Assembly (NCBI GenBank): GCA_021819535.1
Contig: JAKAQU010000001.1
Span: 1-40,536, forward strand
From: Pseudomonadota bacterium
GTDB taxonomy: Bacteria > Pseudomonadota > Alphaproteobacteria > Acetobacterales > Acetobacteraceae
Direction: 5' to 3'
DNA length: 40,536 nt
This document shows, piece after piece, positions 29,051-38,024 of the stretch. The notes beneath the pieces are model-generated. The model searched no databases and was not told the origin of the DNA. It saw nothing but the letters and a program-made list of their open reading frames with translations. The first letter of the stretch is position 1; the number at the start of each line of letters is the position of its first letter. The translations under genes were made by a program, and so were the position numbers.

Positions 29051-31399
29051 ATGCGGGGCTTCGCTTTGGCGGCGCTGATGATGCTGTTCGCGCTGGGCTG
29101 GGCCGATCACGCGGCCGCGCAACAGGCGCCGGCGGCGGCGTCCCCGGTCACCCAGATGCCCGACATCACCGCCCTTCCCGATACCAATGTCATCGGCTCG
29201 ACGCCGCTTCTCGGCTCCGATGTCAGTCGCGACAAGGTGCCGGACGAGACCCAGGTTCTGACCAGCCACGATCTCTCCTTCGACGGCACGCCCGACCTCT
29301 TGGGCAGCCTGGGCCAGCAGGCGGAGGGCGTTTCGATCGGCAACGAAGGCGGCAACAGCTTCGCGCCGAATATTTTCTACCATGGCTTTCAGGCCTCGCC
29401 GATCGCCGGCAATGCGCAGGATATCGCGGTCTATGTGAACGGCGTGCGTTTCAATCAGCCCTTCGGCGATGTCGTCAACTGGGATCTGCTGCCGAGTGTC
29501 GCCATCGATCGCGTCGAATTCCAGGGCACAAACCCGGTGTTCGGCCTGAACGCGCTCGGCGGCGCGATGGCCGTCCAGATGAAAAACGGCTTCACCTTCC
29601 AGGGCATGGATGCAACCGTGCTCGGCGGCTCTTATGACCGGCTGCAGAGCTATGGCGAATATGGCGCGCAATTCGGCAACACGGCGGTCTATGCCGCGGT
29701 CGACGGGCTCTATTCCGGCGGCTGGCGGCAGGACGAATCGTCCCATCTCAACAAGCTCTATGCCGATTTCGGCTGGCGTGGTGATGTGGCCGAGCTGCAC
29801 ATCAACGTCACCGCCGCCGACAACATCCTGAACGAGCCGGCGACGGTGCCGGTGCAGGAGCTGGACGCCAACCGTGGCGCGGTGTTCACCGCGCCGAATT
29901 TCCTCGGCAACAAATACGCCCAGATCTCTGCCAATGGCTCCTATCAGGTCAATGACAACACATCGGTCCAGACCGTCGCCTATTTCCAGAATTTTCTCCA
30001 GAGCGTCGTCAACGGCAACCTCCCCAATGGCACGCCGTGCGGCAATTATCTTTGCACCGGGCCGGGACAATATCTGACGACGACGGGATTCACGCCGATC
30101 CCGAACTACCTCAATGGCGGCCCCTATTCCCAGCTCAACGTGCAGGACACCAACACCAACGGCTACGGATTGTCGGTCCAGGCGACGAATACCAATACTC
30201 TCTTCGGCCATCCCAATCATTTCACCGCCGGGGCGAGCTATGACGGCAGCCAGAACACGTTTACCGGCAATACCCTGCTCGGCGGCCTCAACCCCTATGA
30301 TCAGGCGAGTTTCGTCGGCCCCGGCATCACCATCGATCAGGCGGACGGCTCGATCATGCCGGTGCGCCTCAACGACACCACCAATTATTACGGCCTCTAT
30401 TTCAGCGACATGTTCGATATCACCCAGGCCCTCACCCTCACCGTCGCCGGGCGCTTCAACTACGCGCAGACCAATCTCGTCGGCGTCGATCCCAATAACG
30501 GCGTTTTGTCCGGCAACCATGATTACGGGCATTTCAACCCGCAAATCGGCCTCACCTACAAGATCAACCCGCATGTCACGTCGTATGCCGATTTCGCCGA
30601 ATCGAACCGCGCGCCGACGCCGGAGGAACTTTCCTGCTCCGACCCGCAAAGCCCCTGCACGCTCGGCAATTTCTTCGCCGGCGACCCCAATCTCAAGCAG
30701 GTCATCGCCCATACATTGGAGGCCGGGCTGCGCGGCCAGTTCACGCCCTATGGCAACGCCAATGTCAGTTGGAATGTCGGCGCCTATCGCACCGATACGA
30801 TGAACGACATCCAATTCATCTATAGTCCGATCCAGGGCTCGGCCTATTACCAGAACATCGGCGATACACGCCGCCAGGGCGTCGATGTCGGCGGGACGCT
30901 GACGCAGGGCAAATTCGAATTCTTCGCCAATGCGTCTTACATCGATGCGACCTATCAGAACGGCCTCACGATATCGAGCCCGAACAACCCTGGCGCCGAT
31001 GCCAACGGCAACATCCATATCCGCCCCGGCGACACGCTGCCCGGCATCCCGAACTGGATCGCGAAGATCGGCTTTACCTACAATATCACCGATGCCTGGC
31101 AGATCGGCGCCGATGGCACCTATCAGTCGGGGCAATATCTGTTCGGCGACCAGGCCAATCTTCTGCCCACCACCGGGGCCTATTTCGTCACCAATCTCAA
31201 CACCAGCTATCAGCTCACCAAACACATAAAATTGTTCGCGATGCTCGATAACGCCTTCAATGCCGATTATTACACCTACGGCACGCTTACTCAGACGAAT
31301 GCGATCCCGATCCCGATCGCACCCAACGCCTCCAACCCGCGCGCCCTCATGCCCGCCAACCCGATCGAGGCTTATGGCGGGATCACGGTTTCCTTCTGA
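29051..31399 (+). CDS. TonB-dependent outer membrane receptor
   Basis: Signal peptide, plug motifs (VYVNGVRFN, IDRVE...NPVFG.NALGGA), beta-strand pattern, C-terminal Phe (GGITVSF). GGGAGG RBS. Confidence 0.93.
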   Translation: MRGFALAALMMLFALGWADHAAAQQAPAAASPVTQMPDITALPDTNVIGSTPLLGSDVSRDKVPDETQVLTSHDLSFDGTPDLLGSLGQQAEGVSIGNEGGNSFAPNIFYHGFQASPIAGNAQDIAVYVNGVRFNQPFGDVVNWDLLPSVAIDRVEFQGTNPVFGLNALGGAMAVQMKNGFTFQGMDATVLGGSYDRLQSYGEYGAQFGNTAVYAAVDGLYSGGWRQDESSHLNKLYADFGWRGDVAELHINVTAADNILNEPATVPVQELDANRGAVFTAPNFLGNKYAQISANGSYQVNDNTSVQTVAYFQNFLQSVVNGNLPNGTPCGNYLCTGPGQYLTTTGFTPIPNYLNGGPYSQLNVQDTNTNGYGLSVQATNTNTLFGHPNHFTAGASYDGSQNTFTGNTLLGGLNPYDQASFVGPGITIDQADGSIMPVRLNDTTNYYGLYFSDMFDITQALTLTVAGRFNYAQTNLVGVDPNNGVLSGNHDYGHFNPQIGLTYKINPHVTSYADFAESNRAPTPEELSCSDPQSPCTLGNFFAGDPNLKQVIAHTLEAGLRGQFTPYGNANVSWNVGAYRTDTMNDIQFIYSPIQGSAYYQNIGDTRRQGVDVGGTLTQGKFEFFANASYIDATYQNGLTISSPNNPGADANGNIHIRPGDTLPGIPNWIAKIGFTYNITDAWQIGADGTYQSGQYLFGDQANLLPTTGAYFVTNLNTSYQLTKHIKLFAMLDNAFNADYYTYGTLTQTNAIPIPIAPNASNPRALMPANPIEAYGGITVSF

Positions 31400-31536
31400 G
31401 CCTCGCCCATCCTGCCGCGCCGCGCCGCCGCCTCGACAAGCGCCGGCCGGTGTTCCTATACTCCGCCCCGCGCCCCGACTCGGCGCATGGCTTTGATAAA
31501 CAGGCCCAATTTAGTCTTCTATCGAAGGAGAAAACA

Positions 31537-31914
31537 ATGCATCGGTTGATCGCGGCCGCGACCCTCGTCCTCGGCTCGCTGGCCTTGACGCCCATCGCGC
31601 ATGCGGATGGCGACGCCGCCGCCGGCAAGACCTTGTTTCAACAGAAATGCGCGCTCTGCCATTCGCCGGAGAAGGGCGTGAACAAGCTTGGGCCGAGCCT
31701 CTGGAACGTCGCCGGCCAGCCCGCCGCCGAGGTGCCGAACTACACTTTCTCCGAGGGGATGAAGAACGCGCACATCACCTGGGACGACGCCGCACTCGAT
31801 AAATGGCTCACCAACCCGCGGGCGATGGTTGCTGGCACCAAGATGATTTTCCCCGGCCTCCCCAACGCGGCCGATCGCCAGAACGTGATCGCTTACCTCA
31901 AGAGCTTGAAATAA
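31537..31914 (+). CDS. Class I soluble cytochrome c (c2/c550-like)
   Basis: Signal peptide, GD.AAG, CALCH, GP.L..V, W....L..WL.NP....GTKM.FPG. AAGGAG RBS. Confidence 0.93.
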   Translation: MHRLIAAATLVLGSLALTPIAHADGDAAAGKTLFQQKCALCHSPEKGVNKLGPSLWNVAGQPAAEVPNYTFSEGMKNAHITWDDAALDKWLTNPRAMVAGTKMIFPGLPNAADRQNVIAYLKSLK

Positions 31915-32635
31915 CGCTCTTTTCCTGAATATCGCGCAAACGCGCGGCGAGTTGCGCGACCGTCGTCCGGTCGCCTCGCCGTTCGTTTGCGGCGATCGTG
32001 ATGTCGGCAATGATGCGCGACGGGCGCCCGGCCAGCATCAGCACGCGATCGGCGAGTGCGGCGGCGTCGGTCAAATCATGCGTGACCAGAAGGGCCGCCG
32101 TCGGCCGTTCGCCCCAGGCGTCCCTGAGCACCGAGCGGCCGAGTTCGGCATTGCCCGCATCGAGGGAGGCAAAGGGCTCATCGAGCAGCACCAGGGCCGG
32201 GGCGATGGCGAAGGCGCGGGCGATCGCGACCCGGCGCGCCATCCCAAGCGAAATCTGGCCCGGATAGGCGTTGCGCTCGGCCCAGAGGCCAAGCCGCTTG
32301 AGCAGCGCCGCCGCCGCTCCCTCCTGCCCCGGCGGCAGCACCAGCGCGAGGTTCTGCCACACCGTCCGCCACGGCAGGAGCCGCGGCTCCTGAAACACGA
32401 AGCCGAGCCGCGGCCGCCCGGCGCCGCCCAGCCCCGGCCAGGTGATCTCGCCGGTAAAATCTTGATCGAGGCCGGCGATCAGTCGCAAAAGCGTCGTCTT
32501 GCCGCAGCCGGAGGGGCCGACGAGGGCGACGATTTCGCTCTCGCCGAGGCGAAAGCCGAGATCGCCGAGCACCGGCTCGCGCGCGCCCGGAAATCCTTTG
32601 CCGCGGATCGCGACCTCGAGAATCACCGCCGCCAT
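31898..32635 (-). CDS. NitT/TauT-family ABC transporter ATP-binding protein
   Basis: GPSGCGKTT, FVFQEPRLLPW, ISLGMARRVAIARA, LLDEPF..LD, VTHD. Start ATG 32635. Confidence 0.9.
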   Translation of the reverse strand: MAAVILEVAIRGKGFPGAREPVLGDLGFRLGESEIVALVGPSGCGKTTLLRLIAGLDQDFTGEITWPGLGGAGRPRLGFVFQEPRLLPWRTVWQNLALVLPPGQEGAAAALLKRLGLWAERNAYPGQISLGMARRVAIARAFAIAPALVLLDEPFASLDAGNAELGRSVLRDAWGERPTAALLVTHDLTDAAALADRVLMLAGRPSRIIADITIAANERRGDRTTVAQLAARLRDIQEKSVISSS

Positions 32636-33369
32636 CTGTTCGCCCAATGTTCCAGAGGCTGCCACGCTCCCCATTCGATGGCCTGCACGACCAGGATGAA
32701 GGCGAGGGTATAGGCGAGGATGTCGGTGACATCGAAGAGCTGAAAATATTGCTCGATCGCGAAGCCGACGCCGTTGCTCCGCCCGAGCAACTCCACCACC
32801 AGCACGATTTTCCAGATGATGGCGAGGCCGGATCGCGCGGCGGCGAAAAAATACGGCGTCAGTTGCGGCAGGATGACATGGCGCAGCACCGCCCATCGCC
32901 CCATCCGATAGCAGCGCGCCATTTCGAGGAGGCTGCGATCGAGCGTGCGCGCGCCCTCGCGCAGCGTCACCGCGGTCGAGGGCAGCTTGTTGAGAGCGAC
33001 GGCGATGATCGCGGTCGGCTCATTGAGGCCAAACCACACATACATCAGCATGATCGAGACCAGCGCCGGCAGGTTGAGCAAAACCGTGAGCCAGCTATCG
33101 AACGCGAGATCGAGCCGGCGCCAGACGCCGAGTGCGAGGCCGATCGCCGAGCCGACCACCATCGCCAACGCGAAAGCGCCGGCGACGCGGAGCAGGGTGA
33201 TGCCGAGATTGACGAGGAGATCGCCATGCAGCGCGAGATCCGCCATCGCCCGCAACACCCGCGAGGCGGGCGGCAAGAGGCGGCTTCCGGCCAGCCACGC
33301 CGCCGCTTCCCAGGCCAGCAGGAAAACGGCGATCGAGGCGAGGCGCGCGCTGGCCGAAACCCGGTTCAG
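32623..33369 (-). CDS. NitT/TauT-family ABC transporter permease (probable CTG start)
   Basis: TM1 (LASIAVFLLAWE) and LPP motif lie upstream of the called TTG. EAA-like 'D..LLEMAR.Y......LRHV.LP' and 'WK.VLVVELLG..NGVG' present. Confidence 0.85.
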   Translation of the reverse strand: MNRVSASARLASIAVFLLAWEAAAWLAGSRLLPPASRVLRAMADLALHGDLLVNLGITLLRVAGAFALAMVVGSAIGLALGVWRRLDLAFDSWLTVLLNLPALVSIMLMYVWFGLNEPTAIIAVALNKLPSTAVTLREGARTLDRSLLEMARCYRMGRWAVLRHVILPQLTPYFFAAARSGLAIIWKIVLVVELLGRSNGVGFAIEQYFQLFDVTDILAYTLAFILVVQAIEWGAWQPLEHWANRWRR

Positions 33370-34352
33370 GAGAGCCCCGTCTGCCAGAACGTGCCCGGCG
33401 CCAGCGTTTTGGCCTCGCCGACCAGGGCCGGGCCACCGGTCGCGGCGAGAACCTGAAACAGCGCCGCCGCCGCTTGCTCCGTCTCTTGCGGGGAAAGACG
33501 CGGGATGCCGGCGCGGTAGGCGTCACGGAGATGGATCAATTCGTCGGCACTGGCCGCTCCGGTCAGCGGTGCGATCGTCTCCCATTCGGCATCGGAAGTC
33601 GCGAGCAGCGCCTGGCCCTTCGCCATGCTGGCGATGAGCCCGTCGAGCAGCGCGCGGTGGCCGCTCGCCCAGCGCGCTGAAAAGACATAGCCGACGAACG
33701 GCACGTCGGGTGCGATGCCGAGCCCCGCGACTGCGGTTGCCATCGTCAAAACGGAGCGCATGCCAGAAGCCTCGGCGCGGGCGGCGAAGGGCCAGAAAGT
33801 GAGCGCGGCGTCCAACCGCCCGCTCCGCAACTCCTCGCCGAGCAAGGCCGGCGCGCCGAAATTCGGCCGCGTCACACGGGCGAGATCGAGATGGTATTGC
33901 CGTTCCGCATAGGCGCGGAGGATGAGCCAGCTTTTGTCAAGCGCGGAGCCGGCGACGCCAAGGCGCTGCCCGGCGAGATCGGCAAGCAATCGTATGGACG
34001 AATTCTGCGGCACGATGACGGCGCCGAGCGCGCTCGAAAACGGAATGAAACTCCAATCCGCGCCGCTCGCGCGCTGCCGCGCGACCCAGAGCCAATCCTG
34101 GAGGATGAGATCGACCTCTCCCGCCTGCAACGCCACTTGCGCCGCCGGCGAGCCGGCATATTGGCGAATGTCGAGCGCGATCCCGGCCGCCACGTCGAAG
34201 CCGTGGCGCCGAATGACATCGAGTGCCCAGGAAAACGAGCCGAAGCGCAAAACGCCGATACGCAAGGGCACGGCTGCGTCAGCGAGGCGCGGCCAGGCTC
34301 CCGAGAGCGCGCCGGCGAACGCGGTTTTCAACACGCAACGGCGGCTCGGCAT
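33366..34352 (-). CDS. NitT/TauT-family ABC substrate-binding protein (type often found near PQQ-ADH genes), Tat-like signal
   Basis: MPSRR signal, G.L.FG...W.L..I, DW.WV.RQR, GVAG...DKSW, G.LDA...FW. GGAGG RBS. Confidence 0.82.
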   Translation of the reverse strand: MPSRRCVLKTAFAGALSGAWPRLADAAVPLRIGVLRFGSFSWALDVIRRHGFDVAAGIALDIRQYAGSPAAQVALQAGEVDLILQDWLWVARQRASGADWSFIPFSSALGAVIVPQNSSIRLLADLAGQRLGVAGSALDKSWLILRAYAERQYHLDLARVTRPNFGAPALLGEELRSGRLDAALTFWPFAARAEASGMRSVLTMATAVAGLGIAPDVPFVGYVFSARWASGHRALLDGLIASMAKGQALLATSDAEWETIAPLTGAASADELIHLRDAYRAGIPRLSPQETEQAAAALFQVLAATGGPALVGEAKTLAPGTFWQTGLS

Positions 34353-34445
34353 GCGTCTTCCTCCCAACCTCGCCGCTTATGCGGCAGGCGAGATCTATCG
34401 TCACGCAAAGGAGGCATCTGTCAACGCCAAAGCCCCGCCCGCGCA

Positions 34446-34955
34446 TCATGGCGATGGCAGGATGCGCTCCTCGATCAGATAAGCGAGACCGCGCCGCCAG
34501 CTTTCATCGGTGTTGCCGCGGATATCGACGCTGCCGGCAGCGATTTTGCGGCCGCTATCGGCGTCTTCGATCACCACATTGATATTGAGGATCAGATCGC
34601 TCACCTTCTGCACCCAGCCATAGGCCACAGCCTTGGCGCCGAGGTTTTTGGCGAGCGTCAATTCGCAGCCATTACAGTTCATGATCTCCGGCAATTTGGC
34701 GAGTTCGGAACGCGCCGGTGTGGTGTCGATCACGCGATAGCGGCCCGATTGTGCGAGCTTCGCGCGCAAAGCCTCGCCGAGTGCCGCCGTTCGCGCCCGC
34801 TCGGCATCGCTTGGCGGCGCGGGCGAGGTATCGACCAGCGTGAAATCGAATACCGCAACCGGCATCGGCGCCGCCGCGGCGAGACGATGCTGCGGGACAG
34901 AGAAGAGGCCGATCGCAAACAGAATGGCCATCCCTGGATATGAAAATTTGTTCAC
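34446..34955 (-). CDS. DUF3280/DUF2380-like exported protein
   Basis: Signal peptide, VAVFDF.LVDTS, CNGC, G.VQKVS.LIL.IN, DIRGNTDESW.RG. GTG start with strong RBS. Confidence 0.8.
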   Translation of the reverse strand: MNKFSYPGMAILFAIGLFSVPQHRLAAAAPMPVAVFDFTLVDTSPAPPSDAERARTAALGEALRAKLAQSGRYRVIDTTPARSELAKLPEIMNCNGCELTLAKNLGAKAVAYGWVQKVSDLILNINVVIEDADSGRKIAAGSVDIRGNTDESWRRGLAYLIEERILPSP

Positions 34956-35039
34956 TCTCCCTCCCTCTATTATGCGGCGCTGTTACGTGGCAACATGAGC
35001 ATAACACGCGCCCGTGCCGCGCGCAAGAGGAGGAAATAT

Positions 35040-36269
35040 ATGCTTGGCCGCGCCTTGCGGGTCGCCCTGATGTTCGTCGCAACCTTCGCCGGGGTGGCGC
35101 ATGCCGGGGAACAGCCTTCGGCTGCCGCCCCCGAGGCCGCGGCAGGAGCGCCGGCGCATGTCGCGCTCGTCTATCTCGCACTCAGCGTCAAGCGCAGTTT
35201 TCCGGAAAGCTATCTCGATCAGCCGCCTGCCGATGAGGGCCTCGCGGGTGCAGCCGTCGCACTTGCCGATGACAACACCACCGGACGCTTCACCGGCCAG
35301 GATTTCACGCTCGATCCCGTGAGCGCGCCTGACGAGGCCGGGGTGATCGCGGCGTTTCACGACCGGCTGCAAAAAGGCGCGCGCGATTTCGTAACCGACG
35401 TGCCGGCATCCTTGCTGCTCAAGCTCGCCGACCTGCCGGAGGCGCGCGATGCGACGCTGATCGACGCGGCCGATAGCGACGATATGTTGCGCGCCGAAGG
35501 CTGCCGGCGCGATGTGCTGCACGTCATGCCGAGCCGGGCCATGCTCGCCGATTCGCTGATGCAGTATCTGGTGGTCAAGAACTGGCGGCGGATCATGCTC
35601 CTCGCCGGCCAGAGCGATGCCGACAAGCTCTATGCCGATGCCATCCGCCGCTCGGCAAAGAAATTCCAGATCAAAATCGTCGCTGACAAGCCATGGACCT
35701 TCAACCCCGCCGAGCAGCGCGCCGATACCGGGCATTTCGAGGTCAATACCGAGGTTGCCAATATCACCCAGGGGGTCGATTACGATCTTCTCGTCGTCGC
35801 CGACGAGGAAGACAATTTCGGCGATGATCTCGGCTACCGCGCAACCCTTGCCCGCCCGGTCGCCGGAACCCAGGGCCTCACGCCGACGGCCTGGTCGCGG
35901 GTTTATGATGAAACCGGCGCGACACAACTGCAAAATCGCTTTCTCCGCGCCGCCCATCGCTGGATGACGGAGCGCGATTACGGCGCCTGGATGGCGGTTC
36001 GCGCCTTCGGCGAGGCCGCGATCCGCACCCATAGCAGCGACCCGGCGGTGATCGGCGCTTATCTGCGCAGCTCGAAATTCGAACTTGCCGCCTTCAAGGG
36101 CGAGCGCCTCAGTTTTCGTGCCTGGGATGGGCAGTTGCGCCAGCCGGTGCTGCTCGCCGATCCCCGTTCGCTGGTATCGATTTCGCCCCAGCCGGGATTT
36201 CTGCACGAGTTTTTCGAAACCGACACGCTCGGCGTGGATCAGCCGGAGAGCACATGCCACCTCAATTGA
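35040..36269 (+). CDS. ABC substrate-binding protein of the PQQ-ADH/lanthanide system (LutA/PedA-like, branched-chain PBP fold)
   Basis: GA..A..D.NTTGRF.GQ, PSRAMLAD.L.QYL..K.W, RPVAG..GL....W, GA.QLQ.RF, D..AW.A.R, KG..L.FR.W..QLRQP, SPQ.GFLH....DTLG.D..E..C. GAGGAGG RBS. Confidence 0.82.
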   Translation: MLGRALRVALMFVATFAGVAHAGEQPSAAAPEAAAGAPAHVALVYLALSVKRSFPESYLDQPPADEGLAGAAVALADDNTTGRFTGQDFTLDPVSAPDEAGVIAAFHDRLQKGARDFVTDVPASLLLKLADLPEARDATLIDAADSDDMLRAEGCRRDVLHVMPSRAMLADSLMQYLVVKNWRRIMLLAGQSDADKLYADAIRRSAKKFQIKIVADKPWTFNPAEQRADTGHFEVNTEVANITQGVDYDLLVVADEEDNFGDDLGYRATLARPVAGTQGLTPTAWSRVYDETGATQLQNRFLRAAHRWMTERDYGAWMAVRAFGEAAIRTHSSDPAVIGAYLRSSKFELAAFKGERLSFRAWDGQLRQPVLLADPRSLVSISPQPGFLHEFFETDTLGVDQPESTCHLN

Positions 36270-37228
36270 AATGCGGCCTAGCCGCCCTCTCGCTTCTGCT
36301 TCTCGCCGCGGGTACGGCACGGGCGGATCATCTTTATATTTCCAATGAGAAAGACAATACCGTCACCGTCGTCGATGCCACGAGCCTCGCGATCGTCAAA
36401 ACCGTCCCGGTCGGCGCTCGCCCGCGCGGCCTGTTGCTCGCGGCCGACCATAAGAGCCTCTATGTCTGCACCTCCGATGCCGATCACATCGAAGTGCTCG
36501 ATCTCGCGAGCCTCGCCGTGACCCGCACCTTGCAAAGCGGACCCGATCCGGAAACCTTCGCGCTCAGCCCGGATGGCAAAACCCTTTACGTCTCCAATGA
36601 GGACGACAATCAGGTCTCGATCGTCGATATCGCCTCGGGGCGCATCAGCGATGAGATCCCAACTGGCGTCGAACCCGAGGGCATGGTGGTGAGCCCGGAC
36701 GGCAAGACCATCGTCAACACCTCCGAGACCACCAGCATGGCGCATTTCATCGACGCCACCTCGCATAAGATGCTGGCGAGCGTCCTCGTCGGCTCGCGCC
36801 CGCGCTTTGCCGCTTACACGAAAGATGGCGGACAGGTCTGGGTGTCTTCCGAGGTCGGCGGCAATGTCTCGGTGATCGACAGCGCGACGCACAAGGTGAT
36901 CCACACCATCGCCTTCGCCATTCCAGGCGTTCCTGCCGAGACCGTCCAAGCGGTCGGGATCAATCTGTCGCCGGACGGGAAATGGGCGTTCGTCGCCCTC
37001 GGCCCCGCCAACCGCGTCGCTGTCGTCGATACCGCAAGTTACGCCGTCAAGAAATATCTCCTCGTCGGCCAGCGTGTCTGGCACATGGATTTTTCCTTCG
37101 ATGGCAAAACGCTCTATACCGCGAACGGCGTCAGCAACGACATGTCGGTGATCGATGTCGGAGAGATGAAGGTGACGAAATCGGTGCCGGTCGGGCATCT
37201 CCCCTGGGGCGTGGTCTATGGCCCCTGA
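36254..37228 (+). CDS. YVTN-family beta-propeller repeat protein, PQQ-catabolism associated (LutB/PedA-like)
   Basis: YISNEKDNTVTV, VG.RPRG, SGPDPE.F, SNEDD, GVEPEG, TSETT.M.H, SSE.GG, LGPANRVAV, VG.RVW, G..PWG. Confidence 0.88.
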   Translation: MPPQLKCGLAALSLLLLAAGTARADHLYISNEKDNTVTVVDATSLAIVKTVPVGARPRGLLLAADHKSLYVCTSDADHIEVLDLASLAVTRTLQSGPDPETFALSPDGKTLYVSNEDDNQVSIVDIASGRISDEIPTGVEPEGMVVSPDGKTIVNTSETTSMAHFIDATSHKMLASVLVGSRPRFAAYTKDGGQVWVSSEVGGNVSVIDSATHKVIHTIAFAIPGVPAETVQAVGINLSPDGKWAFVALGPANRVAVVDTASYAVKKYLLVGQRVWHMDFSFDGKTLYTANGVSNDMSVIDVGEMKVTKSVPVGHLPWGVVYGP

Positions 37229-38024
37229 GAGCGTCGTCTTGGCTGACCGCGCCGCGCTTTCGCCCGATGCCGCGCCGCCACTCGCCGTTGAAGGGTTGAG
37301 CCACGCCTTCGGGGCGCGCCGAGTGCTCGATGAGGTTTCGCTCACCGTCGGGCAAGGCGATTTCGCCGTTTTGCTCGGCCCCAACGGAGCCGGCAAAACG
37401 ACGCTGTTCGCTTTGATCACGCGGCTCTATCACAGCAGCAAAGGCGCGATCCGCATCTTTGGTTACGACATCCGGCGCGATCCCGAGGCTGCGCTCCGGC
37501 GCATGGGCGTCGTGTTCCAGCAATCGACGCTCGATCTCGATCTCACCATCGAGCAAAATCTCTTCTACCACGCGGCACTCCACGGCATGCGGCGCAGCCT
37601 GGCGGCGGCGCGTATCAGCGAAGAATTGGCGCGCGTCGGCCTCGATGGGCGGCGGCGCGAGCGGGTGCGCCAGCTTTCCGGCGGGCAACGGCGGCGCGTC
37701 GAACTCGCCCGCGCGCTGGTACATAACCCCTCTTTGCTCCTGCTCGATGAGCCCACCGTCGGCCTCGACATGGCCAGTCGGCAATTCCTACTCGAACATG
37801 TGCGTGGGCTTTGTCTGCGCCAGGGACTAGGTGTTTTGTGGGCGACCCATCTCATCGACGAGGCCGGAGCGGATGCGCGCATCGTCATCCTGCATCAGGG
37901 CCAGGTGCGCGCCGAAGGCACGCATCAAGAGATTCTCGCCCGCGCCCAGGAAACTTCGCTGAAAGCCGCCTTCGATCGCCTGATCGCCGATGAATTTGGC
38001 AAGCCGGGTTCTCAGGCGCCATGA
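37218..38024 (+). CDS. ABC transporter ATP-binding protein (LutE/PedB-like)
   Basis: GPNGAGKTTLF.LITRLY, GVVFQ..TLDLDL, YHA.LHG, LSGG.RRRVE.ARAL, LDEPTVGLD, LWATHL.DE. Confidence 0.88.
   Translation: MAPESVVLADRAALSPDAAPPLAVEGLSHAFGARRVLDEVSLTVGQGDFAVLLGPNGAGKTTLFALITRLYHSSKGAIRIFGYDIRRDPEAALRRMGVVFQQSTLDLDLTIEQNLFYHAALHGMRRSLAAARISEELARVGLDGRRRERVRQLSGGQRRRVELARALVHNPSLLLLDEPTVGLDMASRQFLLEHVRGLCLRQGLGVLWATHLIDEAGADARIVILHQGQVRAEGTHQEILARAQETSLKAAFDRLIADEFGKPGSQAP

Noticed and set aside
29051-31399. Lower GC and AAC/ACC richness of the TonB receptor as evidence of horizontal transfer
   Set aside because: Explained by the Asn/Thr/Tyr-rich composition of beta-barrels. Third codon positions remain mostly G/C.
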